Shown here one piece after another: positions 12,331 through 23,602 of a stretch of 64,000 nt of DNA. This DNA is from Azolla caroliniana. Its lineage: Eukaryota > Plantae > Polypodiophyta. The position numbers and the translations under genes were made by a program. The stretch's first letter is position 1. Every line of letters begins with the position of its first letter. Under the pieces are notes generated by a model that saw only the letters and a program-made list of their open reading frames with translations, was not told the origin of the DNA and did not search any database. The stretch lies in contig JBHGNT010000003.1 in NCBI GenBank assembly GCA_043228905.1, positions 1,984,001 through 2,048,000 of the forward strand, in the 5' to 3' direction.

Positions 12331-12451
12331 AGCTATAAGAGTATTGTTGCAAGTGGTGTCATGTAACCGTGTGTGCATGTGCTACTTGAGTGGGACCACA
12401 AGGGGGTCTTGGATTAGGGAGGACACAAGGACTAGGTGGGCACAAACGTTA

Positions 12452-12645
12452 GGGGACTCGAAGGCTCCAAAGAGTTGAAAGGTCACGGAACTTGAAGGTT
12501 CCTAAGTGTCAAAAGCTCCTAGGATTTGAAACCTTGCTAGAGTTGAAACCTCTTGGCAGTTAAACGCTCGCTATAGTCGAAAGATCTTGGGAGTCAAAAG
12601 CTCGTTAGAGTTGAAAGCTCATTAGAATCGAAAGCTCCTAGAGCC
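12452..12645. repeat. Degenerate 17-18 bp tandem array of about 11 units, consensus near GAGTYGAAAGCTCNNTA
   Basis: Units such as gagttgaaagctcatta, gagtcaaaagctcgtta and gaatcgaaagctcccta. Confidence 0.7.
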
Positions 12646-12722
12646 ATATCCCCCCCCTCATTATGTATGTCGGTATGTGTATGTGTGCGTGTATATATAC
12701 ATAGAGAGAAATATAGTAGTAG

Positions 12723-13779
12723 TCATTTGTAAAGCCAATAGATGCATCGGGATCGTTGGGCCACCAGGAGCTCATTTGCCGACAGCCATAGCCGATTCAG
12801 CTTATGCTTCCTCGCAACGATGAGCATGCTCGCGATATCCTCCAGCGATATTCTATGATTACTTACATGGTTGCCCCCATCATTAGTCTGCAGAACTAAC
12901 CCTGGCTTTGCCTGTATCACAAGAAGAAGATAATCAATTATACTAGATTGCAAATTAGGCAATGAGCAATAATTACAGGCTGAAGAGTTGAATCATGAAT
13001 GAATGACTTGTGTTTTACCTGGGCCAAGGTGGAAAATTCATCGACTCCAAAGAAATTGGCGGCATGGATGAGGTCAAGGCAGATATGGATACCATAATGC
13101 ACAACAGAGTAACTGTAATTGTAATTAACATTGTAGGTCATTGGATTAGCAATGGCAGATGGTAGATTGTAGTGAAGGGGCAATGCGGGGCCTAGTATTT
13201 CGGTAGAGGACGGATCGATGATCAATTGGCCGGTGTAGAGGAAGCGAAGAAAGCAACGAATGCATCGTATGAGACTATATCGACGGGAATGACATCTATG
13301 TCCCCATGGATTTGAGTTGTCGGCCTCCCAGTTACTCAATATACCTGTCGGAGAATTGCTAGCGGGATTCCCGGTGATAGAAGAAGAAACAATCTGGTTC
13401 TAGCCCTGAAGATTAGACTGTTGTTGGTTAGGTAGCATTGGCTCACAGAGATGCTACTGACATAGTGATTCCGGGAGGCGGGTGGGGAATGAGATTGAGG
13501 CGGATTAAAGGAGGAGGAGGTAGACGAATCGCAAGATTCGGAGTCGGAGGAAGAAGAAGAAGCAGAAGAGGAAGAGGGGGAGAGGAAGAGGGGGAAGAAG
13601 GGGCTGCGAGCCGGCAAGATGCAATGGTGGGTGTAGATGAGGGCATAGGTCCAGCTGTCTATGCAGAAAGCAATGTCTGCGAATTGGTCAGGGCCACAGC
13701 CCAGAACGGTGAGGTAATCTGAAGATAAGCTCCTCAGGCTACTACTCAGCATGAATGTGGAAGGTTGGGCCACCTCCAT
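12723..13779 (-). pseudogene. BLADE-ON-PETIOLE/NPR-like BTB-POZ pseudogene, no ankyrin repeats visible
   Basis: SLRSLSSDYL, FADIAF, HHCILPARSPFF, VIPVDIVSYDAF, LRFLYTGQ, LDLIHAANFFGV and ISLEDIASMLIVARK follow the BOP BTB domain in order. There is a phase-0 GT-AG intron at 13018-12888, an in-frame TGA at 13338 and a frameshift near 13250. Confidence 0.78.
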
Positions 13780-14029
13780 TGACTTCAATATATATGTATG
13801 CTCTCACACTTACACTCACACACACACACACACATAGATGGATGAATGGATAATTAGGGTAGACAAGTGGAAAGATTAGTGATTGTAATGGTAATGGTCA
13901 CTAACTACAACTATGTTTAACCCCCCCCCTCTCTATCTCTCTAGATGTTCTTTTCCTCTCTTTTTCTCTGTGCTCCTCTGCTTGTTGTTTATTAAAAACA
14001 TGAGCTTCTATTATGGGGGGGGGGGGGGG

Positions 14030-14201
14030 GCTATGGTAAAAAGAAATTTTGTATTCTGGTAAATAGGGCTTGTAGATTTGAGTGTATACTTACGTTATAA
14101 CGTGTATTTTTTTGGATATATGGGTAGTTTGGTAAATTTGGAACTTCCAGGGGCATTTTGGTAAATGAACAAACGTCGAGGGGTATCCTGGTACTTTTCC
14201 C
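14030..14201. mobile_element. Putative Mutator-like (MULE) terminal inverted repeat, one end only
   Basis: Reverse strand reads GGGAAAAGTACCAGGATACCCCT...TTTACCAAAATGCCCCT...TTTACCAAACTACCC, with four TGGTAAA submotifs. No partner TIR was found in the window. Confidence 0.5.
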
Positions 14202-17200
14202 TTATACTTAATGGGTTAAACAACAAACAAAAGCACACACATGGAGCATGATACCATTCAATTAGTTAGGAACCACAATCACATACAAGATTATTAGTGT
14301 AAGGCTTGGGTAAAGCACTTCACACTAATCTCATCAATAATGAGAAGAGGGGGAGAGAGAGGGGGAGATTTTCTATCCTAAGTCTTAGGAATGAAGAAGA
14401 TGTTGTGTGCATGGGAAGGGCTTGAAAGCAGCGTTGTGACTACTCAAGCATGTTTTGTTTTAAGCTTGGGTGTGACATTTTTTAGGGTATTTGAATAATT
14501 AGTTATCTCATTGTACAACTCGACTGATAGCCTCTACAAGTGATATTGGATCTTCATGAAAGGTAAGAATTAGATAGTTTAAATCAAAGACCGTGACAAA
14601 ACCAATCCATTAATGCTTCTTTGTCCGATGGAATGTTACATGCAAAAAGGTGAAAGTATATCTCATAGGCCAAGGTAGGACAATCTCCCGAATACACTCT
14701 TCAAATCCATTAATAATCCTCCTTAATTGTCTATATCTTCGAAAGACACTTGAAATTCCCTTTTTAAACTAATGAAGCAAGCTCTTGAGCAATGACAACC
14801 TCTTCTCAAGAAATGGTGCAAAGCATGCTGGTGTTGGACCCATTAATCATACTCAAGTTGCGTACATTGGGTATCAAATGGATGCATTTGAGTCACCAAC
14901 GACACTTGATTGAAGAATCCTCCAAATTATAATCATTTGCCATTGAACTTTTATGAGAAACTTACTCTTTTTGTATTTTTATACTCCTGAAGATTTTTTT
15001 CACTACAAAGTTAATAAATATTTCTCTAGTTGTTGAACCTAATACGATAACTACTTTTGTTGTCATGCCTTATCAATATTTGTATGTTGCAAGACTCAAA
15101 GTAAGCTCTTAATTGCTTCATCTCGTGCCATAAATGTTGTTGTCACGCACTCAAGCTATGACTAGAGACATGTATTCTTGTTGATGGGTTGGTCCATCTA
15201 TGCCACATCTCACTCTAGAGAGAGAGAGAGAGAGAGAGACTATCCACCCCCTAGGGAGTTTTAGTGGTTTGCAAGTCCAATTGGAACATTATCTCAATAT
15301 GATCACGAAATTTATGATAGTAGGACTATCTCATCTAGCACTATTTTGATATTATGAAATACTATTAGAAATAACACTTCCCCCTCACCAAATGATCACA
15401 TTCACCAAACATTCTAATATTTCATTCTATCAACATTTTCTTTGAGCATCCATTACTCACAAACAATACAAGATAGAGAGGTTAATGCAGATTTGTTTAA
15501 AGGAAATATTCATAGCTTTATACAAAAAAATGTGCGAGGTGGAAAATATGTTACGGTGCAGTTAATGCCAACCTTGTTTGCGAGTAAAAAAAATTGATTG
15601 TTTCATGAAGATAAGAGTTGAGAGAGATTGTGATAATTTCTTGAACTAAGATAGTTAATTCAAAGAACAATAAGACTTCGAAGAAGATGGATCACTATCA
15701 TGGATGACTCTTTCACATAAAGTGAAAACAACAATAATGTGCCAATTGTGCATTAGAAATTTCTACCATCACGAGTATATTTCATTGTAAGCCCAAAATT
15801 ATTTGTTGTGTTCCAATCCAACTAGCTTTAAGTATACACTCTTTTTCTTGTTGTTGCTAGTGTTTGATGTGATTACATTGTAAGGTCCAATTTAGATGAT
15901 TTGCATGATGTTTGACATGTGTCGAAAGGTTACATGAAATTAAAAGCACGTCCTTGTTTCATGGAAGTTGACACTTTGTTGCCAAGGTCTCTTACTCTCC
16001 CCCATGTGTGCATGCACCACCTTTACATATATGGACAAGTTCCATACAACCAAAGGCCCTATGGCTTTTTTTATTGGAAACTTTTATTTTTTCTACCAGT
16101 CCTTGACTAAATTCACCATAAGCCCCCAATGAGATGATTAATGTTAAATACCCATGTTGCATGATGTCCAACATTCGTCGTGAAGTTACATAGTATCAAA
16201 GGCTTACCCCTATTATATAGAAGTTGACACTCCACACACACACACACGCACTATCTCACTATGGACAAGTTCCATACAAGTTAAGGATAGGCTCGTTCAA
16301 GTGGTTTGGTTGTAAGATGGGTGCAAAGTAAAAAAGGACACGTAAGAACCAAAAAGGGAACCACTAACAATTAACAATTTTGATTGATCACATGGCCATG
16401 TACCTTTGTGAACCTTTTTCATATTGGAACCTTTTGCCATTTCCCCTTACTTTGCTTTCCCGCCACAAAAGTCAGTATGTCCTCTTCACGTGAACCCAAG
16501 TAATGGGATACTTCAATCTATGTTTAAGCATTGCAAAGTAGTTGGCATGGATAATATCATATCTCAAGGTCGAAAACCGTTCACCATACTTAAGTTGGAC
16601 ATGAGGTGAGAGGGGGTGAAGAAAGGAATGAATTTCTTGCATGCCATTGATATATCATAAAAGAATATTGGGAGGAAGTTCTAAATTTGAGGAATTTAGA
16701 AAACCAAGAAAAAGAAAGCTGAAGTGAATGAAATAAATCTCATCAAACCAGGACATGGAAGAGGGTAAAATGCTCAATTTGATAGTAAAATATGATAGTT
16801 ATTATAGAAATGATGCAATATTAAGTATAATGTGTGTACAAGGTGTGACAAAAAAAGGTTGTCCACAAGGGAGACTAGACTATATTTCGGAAACTTACGA
16901 GTTTAATAGGAAAACGATGAGAACTTACCCAAAAGCCATCCAAATATTGAAAAGATTGTTTTTCTCTTTTTTACCAAGCTAATTAATATTAACACAATGC
17001 GACAATGAAGTGTCACCACTACTTACGACGAGTAAGTCTAAAACAACACTATGTTATCTAAACATTCAGTAGGTGTTTTCATTTCAAATCATAATTAAGA
17101 ACAATAATTTTACCACTAAATTTGTTTTAAGTAGTTCTTCTCATAATTTAATTCACAAAATGGGTAGGGTGAATGATACTATCGTTCATCAATCAAGTCT

Positions 17201-19111
17201 TTCAAAGGAAGTTGATAGATAACAATAAGTGCAACTTGATTCACATATTAATTTGGTATTAATTCAGCATTTCAATTAGCTATTTGTTGGCATTGTCAAA
17301 GAAATGAATGAATGACAAGTCGGTCACGCTCAAAATTTGGATGGTTCTTTGGTAAGGTCCCATAACTATGATGGCATATTGGTAAGTAATTGTCCACATG
17401 AAAAGAGGTTGGGTAGTATTTGATGGTGGTAGTAATTGCTTTTTTTTAGCAATAGTTAATAACTCATAAATAAGAATCATGACATGAATGTAAAGGAGAC
17501 TTTTAAAATGGGAATAGATGGATATTGACTCTTGAGAGAGAGAGAGAGAATATATATGTACCTAATTAGCTTAAAATAAAGATATGGCCTTTCTGTATAC
17601 ACATTATCTTGGCTATATTTATCTATTTCTTTCATTTCACATGTGAAGTTTTAAATGTTAGTAGATTCATTATCGATGATGGATTGCTAAAAACAGGAAC
17701 AGGAATAGTGTGCAAATGCATGTAGCATTCTTCAAATTTTCATTACCAAGATTATATTTGTTTGTGGTATGAAAGAGATCATAATTCTCTCCACTTGTTG
17801 TGAAAACGAAAAGGGAAAACATCACGAGTCAGAATGTTATGAAGATAGAAAGAGAGGACAAGGTAGAGAGAAAGGATAAGAAATGAGGGAACCTAGGAAG
17901 AACCAAGAGCCACGGTTCGGAAGGTTGTGTCGATTGTTTGGAAACCGTGAGGTCTTTAACTTCAGTACATTGATGTGGCCTATAGTTGTAGGTCAAGAGA
18001 AGTAATAAAATATGGTGTAGCAAATGTGTGAAAGTAAGGATTTGAACATGTGATCTTGTTTTGATAACATAATAGCTTGATGCAAGGATAAGCCAATTAT
18101 GAAAATGCCAAAATAACCCTCCAATTTTCAGAAATCCCTTGTTACCAATTGTTTTTGAAAACACATATCTCTATCATATCTTTAAATACTCTTATCCAAA
18201 GTTTTGTGGAGATATATGAGCTATCTACATCAAAAGAGAATGATAGTGTATGAGAGAGACATACACTAAAGATGATCTTATTTTACCATCATTGAGAGGA
18301 TAGAAACATGACCCAAAAATTGTGATCCTAGACAATCTCCTACGTCAAGGCAATGCATGGAGACATAGTGTGCTCCATCTAGTCATTACAAACTACATTC
18401 TCAAATTCAAGATCATGACTATGAATGTAAGGGGCAAGATGGGGATGCGAGGGACCGGACTCCTTATCAATTAATTAATAAAACAATATTATTGTGAACT
18501 CTCAATGGAGCCACTATTCAACAAGACACAACCACGTTTCAAGGAGCATCCCTAAGCATGGTTTCTACATCAAGGTAGCTTTGTATGAACATGTTTCGTT
18601 CATTATGGGATTATATTTATGTTTACTACCTACAATCCATGTAACAAGCTTTGGGTTATCAAAGTTTTGAAATGCCTAATAGTTATTACCATCTTTTAAG
18701 CTTATCAACATTCCATTTGAATTAGAGGATGTGGTGATATACTCAAATGATTTTCAATGAACAATTTATCCCTATGACCTATACATGGTCGAAATCTTGA
18801 ATTGAAGTGATGTGGGTAAGAACACTTGAGCTACTTGATTTTGACTATATCAAGTATTTGGCTTTTGCTACATTCAATGGTTGGTGTTATGCCAATCTCT
18901 TTACAATAATTCCTTGAAGGGGTGAAGCAAACATTGAAGAGTGCTCACATCCGACATTGTAGAGGATAATTCTGCGTGCCTCTTGAGAAGGGCATTAGAT
19001 TATACGTTAACATTGCCAAAAAAATTAGCCTAAAGGCCGGTTCTCATGGGAAGGGCAACATATCAACAACTCTACCACATGTATAGCCAAGTGGTTGGTT
19101 GCAATAAGGTG

Positions 19112-19227
19112 TTGACTTTGAGTTACTCACGCATACGGCATTGAACTCAAGCAACTCGGGCATAAGTTGTTGACCTTGAGTTACTCGGGCATAAGGCATT
19201 GAACTTGAGCTACTCGGGTGATGAGAT
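19112..19227. repeat. 29-bp tandem repeat, about 4 units
   Basis: Units start at 19112, 19141, 19170 and 19199, consensus near TTGAMCTTGAGYTACTCGGGCATAAGGCA. Confidence 0.85.
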
Positions 19228-19396
19228 ATGGGGTTGTGCAATTCAAGCAATGGGCGAAAGAAGGTGAAGGAAGCAAGAGGGGGATTTGCGAGAGAGGATG
19301 AGGGAGCCACATAGAGAATGTATAGAGAGACTTGAGAAAGAGAGAGAGAGTCTACAAGAAGGCCGGCCATAAGGAGAGAGTGTGTTGAGGGAGGAG

Positions 19397-19492
19397 TAAT
19401 ACTAATACTAATATAATACTAATGCTAATACTAAGACTAGTACTAATACTAGTACTAATACGAATACTATACTAATACTAATACTAATACTA
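19397..19492. repeat. (TACTAA)n imperfect microsatellite
   Basis: Repeated taatac/tactaa hexamers. Confidence 0.85.
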
Positions 19493-20167
19493 TGTTTAGA
19501 ATATCCAAAAACCGAGAGGAGTATTTTGGGAGAACGTTTTGTGGAGAAGAAGAGGGAGACGAGTGAGATTGGATTTTAAAGTTAATGGTGACTTTTCGTG
19601 AGTGAGCGAGTACAGCCAGCTAGAGAGAGAGAGAGAGAGAGAGAGAGCAGGTAAAAGATGTTAATTATAAATAATAAGAGGAACGAGAAAAGGAGAAAAA
19701 CACACTGAGGTTGGCAGAAAATAAAGGGAAAAAGGAAACCAAAAAATAAATTCTAAAAAAAGGAAGCAAAAAAGGACAAAAAGCAAAAAAAAAGAATAAA
19801 AACAAAAGGAAAAGAAGATAGAAAAAAAGAAAAAGAAGAAGAAGAGAAAAGGAGAAATACCAATAAATGCTTTTTATTTTTTCGAATTTATAAATTTTTT
19901 AGCATTTACTACAAAAAAAATTATTATGGCCTCCTTAATTTTTTATTGCCCTTTTCTTTCGGTCCTTCAGTAATTCGTATATACATACATAATGGACCAT
20001 CGTAATTCAAAAATAAAAATAAAAATAAAAATAAAAATAAAAATAAAAATAAAAATCAAGAGTATTTATTGTGCTGCCACTGTCTCCCCTCTCCATCACT
20101 CTCTCTCTCTTCTCTCTCTATCTCTGCATTCCTTCATTTTCTCTATTTTTCAAATTTTTATTTCTGA

Positions 20168-20199
<32 letters not shown>

Positions 20200-20493
20200 A
20201 ATTAATTATTACCTCTTCCCCCCCCAATTCCTTCTTCTTCCTTCTTCTTCACTCACACTCTCTTTCATTACTTACTTACTACTGCTTCTCCTCCTGCTCT
20301 CTCTGTTCTTCTGCTACTGCTGCTCTATTCTCTGCAGCTTCCCCTGCTCCTCTCTGCACACAATGTAGGAAGCAGAGACTTCTCTCCTCTGCACTTCCAT
20401 AGCTCGTAACATCTCTTCTTCTTCTTCTTCTGCTACTGCTACTGCTGCTGCTCCGACATACCGCCATAGCCACAACCAGCAGAGCACCGAGCC

Positions 20494-23121
20494 ATGGCTT
20501 CTTCATCACACCTCGCAGCCTCTTCTCTGCTCCTCCTTCCTCTGCTCCTCCTCTTCTCAGTTCAGATGACTCCATCCCACTCCTACTCCCGCCATATCGT
20601 CGTGGGCGGGCCACGACACCTTGCCGGCCATCACCGCAGACACCTCGAGCAGCGCCAGAAGGCCCACATCAATGTCTTCTACACTCAGAGGCGGCGCATG
20701 GAGGAGAAAGATGAGCAGGACACAGGGCTCGCCTTCGAGAATGAGAGGCTCAAGGCGGCATACGTAGCCTTCCAGGCATGGAAGAAGACCATCTTCTCTG
20801 ATCCTCTCAACTACACTGCGACATGGGTAGGCCCTGATGTCTGTAGCTACAAGGGCGTCTTCTGCGCCGAAGCTCCTGATGATCCCTGCGTCACAACTGT
20901 GGGCGGGATCGATCTGAACCATGCCGACATAGCCGGCTTCTTGCCAGAAGACCTAGGCCTCCTCACTGACCTCGCTCTCCTCCATCTCAACTCTAACAGG
21001 TAAAATGCAAACTAGTAACCCTATAATAAAATACGTTGTAACAGCTCACTCAGTCAATCAGAAAAAAACTCAATAGGGTTTAGGTCTTAGATTGTTTAAA
21101 ATTGTTTGATAGAGTAAACACTAAATCCCTAAACCATACGACCTAAACCGTCCGTGTGAATCAGTAAACTGAATGGAAGGGTTTAGGGTTTAGACTATTT
21201 GAACGTGCTAGCTATACTCTGTTTCAAGATTCTGGTAAATCCACTGTAAAGACTGTTTCTTTTGCTGGTGGTCATAGTTAAAGTTCCATGAATTTGAGAA
21301 GCGAGCATAGGTCTCTAAGATTGTAGAGGTTCCATTAGGTTTTAGGGTTTAAAGTCATTTTGAACGTGCTAGATATACTCTGTTTCAAGTGTCTGATAAA
21401 TCTTCTGTAAGACTGTTTTATTGCGGATAGACGATAGTTACCACTTCATGAATTTAGGAAGTGTATACAGGTCTTTAAGATTGTAGAGGCTTCCATTAAC
21501 TTGCAGGTTCTGCGGAATCTTGCCTCGGAGCTTCGGCAATCTGAAGCTGCTGTTCGAGCTCGATCTGAGCAACAATCGATTCGTTGGAGCTTTCCCTGCA
21601 GTGATTCTGTCGCTGCCGAGTCTCTACTACTTAGACCTGCGCTTCAATGAGTTCGAAGGAGCCCTCCCCAGCGAGCTCTTCAACAAGGATCTAGACGCCA
21701 TCTTCGTGAACAACAATCGATTCGTCGATGGAATCCCTCTGAATCTGGGCGCTTCCACTGCATCTGTCGTTGTCTTCGCCAACAATCGATTCTCTGGATG
21801 CATCCCTGCAAGCATCGGCAACATGGGCCCCAGCCTCAACGAATTCATCGCCCTCAACAATGGCCTGGAAGGCTGCATAAACCCTAATATCGGCGAGCTC
21901 ACCAATCTGACTGTGTTTGATGTGAGCTCGAATCATCTCAGCGGTAAGCTACCTGAGACTGTTGCAGAGATGGTGAGCTTGGAGCAGCTCAATATCGCCG
22001 ATAACATGTTCTCCGGTGACATACCTCCTGAGATCTGCGCTCTTCCGAGATTGAAGAACTTCAGCTATGGTGGTAACTTCTTCTCCAGCGAAGCGCCTAA
22101 TTGTCTGGCTCTGCCTGTCAGAGGGGTATCGATAGACGACAGGCAGAATTGCATACCTGGAAGGCCTGCGCAGAGATCATTTCGAGAATGTGCCTCTGAA
22201 GCATCTCATAGGAAGGGCTGTGATGAGTTTGTCTGTGGGCCTCCAGCCGGGCCTCCTCAGAGATCTAATGGCACTCCTCGGAATGCTCTGCCGAGAGCTC
22301 CCATCGTTACTCCATCTGTGCCAGGCCCGCCTCGGACATGCCCTAACAAGCAGAAAGCACCGCCCATAGGTGGCGTACCTAACCCTAATCCGAGCCCATC
22401 AGGTTCTTCTGGACGCCATATCCCGTCTCCTTCACCCCCATCCAGTGGCTCCTCACCAGTCTTCAATCCACCTCCGAAGCCCTCTGCACCTTCCACACAT
22501 CCTGTGAAACCAACACCCTCTGCACCCCATGGATCCTCACCTCATAACATCCCTGTCTCACCACCACCTCCGCCGATTCATGGCCATCATGATTCATCTC
22601 CGCCATTAATTCCTGCAGTGCCATCTCCTCCTCCCCATCATCGTCATGACAATCCACCTCCACCTCCATCTCCACCTCCACGTTCATCTTCACCTCCACC
22701 TCCACGTTCATCTCCACCTCCACCTCCACCCCCATCTCCGCCTCCACCTCCACCTCCACCTCCACCTTCATCTCCACCTTCATCTCTGCCATCGCCTCTG
22801 TATCAGTATCAATCTCCGCCTCCGCCACCATATCACTATGAATCTCCGCCGCCTCCAAGCGTCTACCAATCTTCACCGCCTCCTTATCAGTACTCTTCGC
22901 CCCCACCTCCTCCTCAGTATGCTTCCTCACCTCCTTCCTTGCCGCCACAGTCATCACCCATTCCGACTGAGCCGCCATGTGAAACACCGCCTTCATCTGA
23001 TCAATCCCCACCATCGCCAGACTCACAGGATCAATCTGCACCATCGCCCATCCCTTCAGATGAATTCACACCACCACCAGTGATTTACTCCTACGAATCT
23101 CCACCACCGCCACCCTATTAA
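20494..23121 (+). CDS. LRX: Leucine-rich repeat extensin (LRX/PEX family), 706 aa; exons 20494-20999 and 21507-23121
   Basis: Signal peptide, LRX N-terminus (AYVAFQAWKK, WVGPDVCSYKGVFCA, GIDLNHADIAG) and LRRs, followed by a Cys-rich linker and an SP3-5/YXY extensin tail ending YSYESPPPPPY. The GT-AG intron 21000-21506 restores HLNSNR-FCG in frame (2121 nt). Confidence 0.95.
21179..21498. repeat. Tandem duplication of about 160 bp in the LRX intron, each copy starting with TTTAGGGTTT
   Basis: Both copies share TTTGAACGTGCTAG.TATACTCTGTTTCAAG, CATGAATTT and TAAGATTGTAGAGG. Confidence 0.85.
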
Positions 23122-23420
23122 ATGTCCGAGTTCTCTCTCTATTTTGTTACAGTAAAGGCACATTTGTTTTGATGGAAATCTTTGTAACCTCCTGAAGAGA
23201 CGCCAGAAAAAAATTTCCCAATCATCCATATCTAACCATGTCTAGGAAGTAGAAGAAGAAAGAAGAAGGCAGTGCTATTTCTGCGTGTTAAAACATTCTA
23301 TTTGTTTTTGGGTGTCCTGTTCCAATTACAGAGAAGATAGATACTTCTTCATGCATCCATTCTTTTGTTAATTGTTTTTTTTTTGCAACTTAATGTTATC
23401 GTTTTCACACTTGGACGCCA

Positions 23421-23602
23421 ATTGTCTTGCCACTCGAAGGACTCGGAGACTGAAGGGTTCTCAGGTTTTACGTGCATCCGGTCGAACCTATCTCTACTTG
23501 TTTTTGTTTTGATTGTCTTGCAAGTCGAAGGACTCGGAGACTGAAGAGTTCTCGGGTTTTACGTGCATCTGGTCGAACCTATCTCTACTTGTTTGTGTTT
23601 TG
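23421..23602. repeat. 91-bp tandem duplication downstream of the LRX stop
   Basis: Units start at 23421 and 23512 (ATTGTCTTGC...TCGAAGGACTCGGAGACTGAAG...GGTCGAACCTATCTCTACTTG). Confidence 0.92.

Noticed and set aside
14300-19000. Short ORFs upstream of LRX
   Set aside because: AT-rich with no recognisable domains. Probably very old TE debris that I cannot classify.
21179-21498. Intronic snoRNA pair in the duplicated LRX intron units
   Set aside because: No properly placed C/D boxes or H/ACA architecture was found.
22463-23083. His/Leu-rich and Val/Glu-rich ORFs overlapping LRX
   Set aside because: Alternative-frame and antisense shadows of the CCA/CCT-rich extensin repeats.
23535-23580. 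Possible hammerhead ribozyme (CTGAAGA...GAA) in the 91-bp duplication
   Set aside because: It has GAAC rather than GAAA, no convincing stem II, and the core differs in the other copy.
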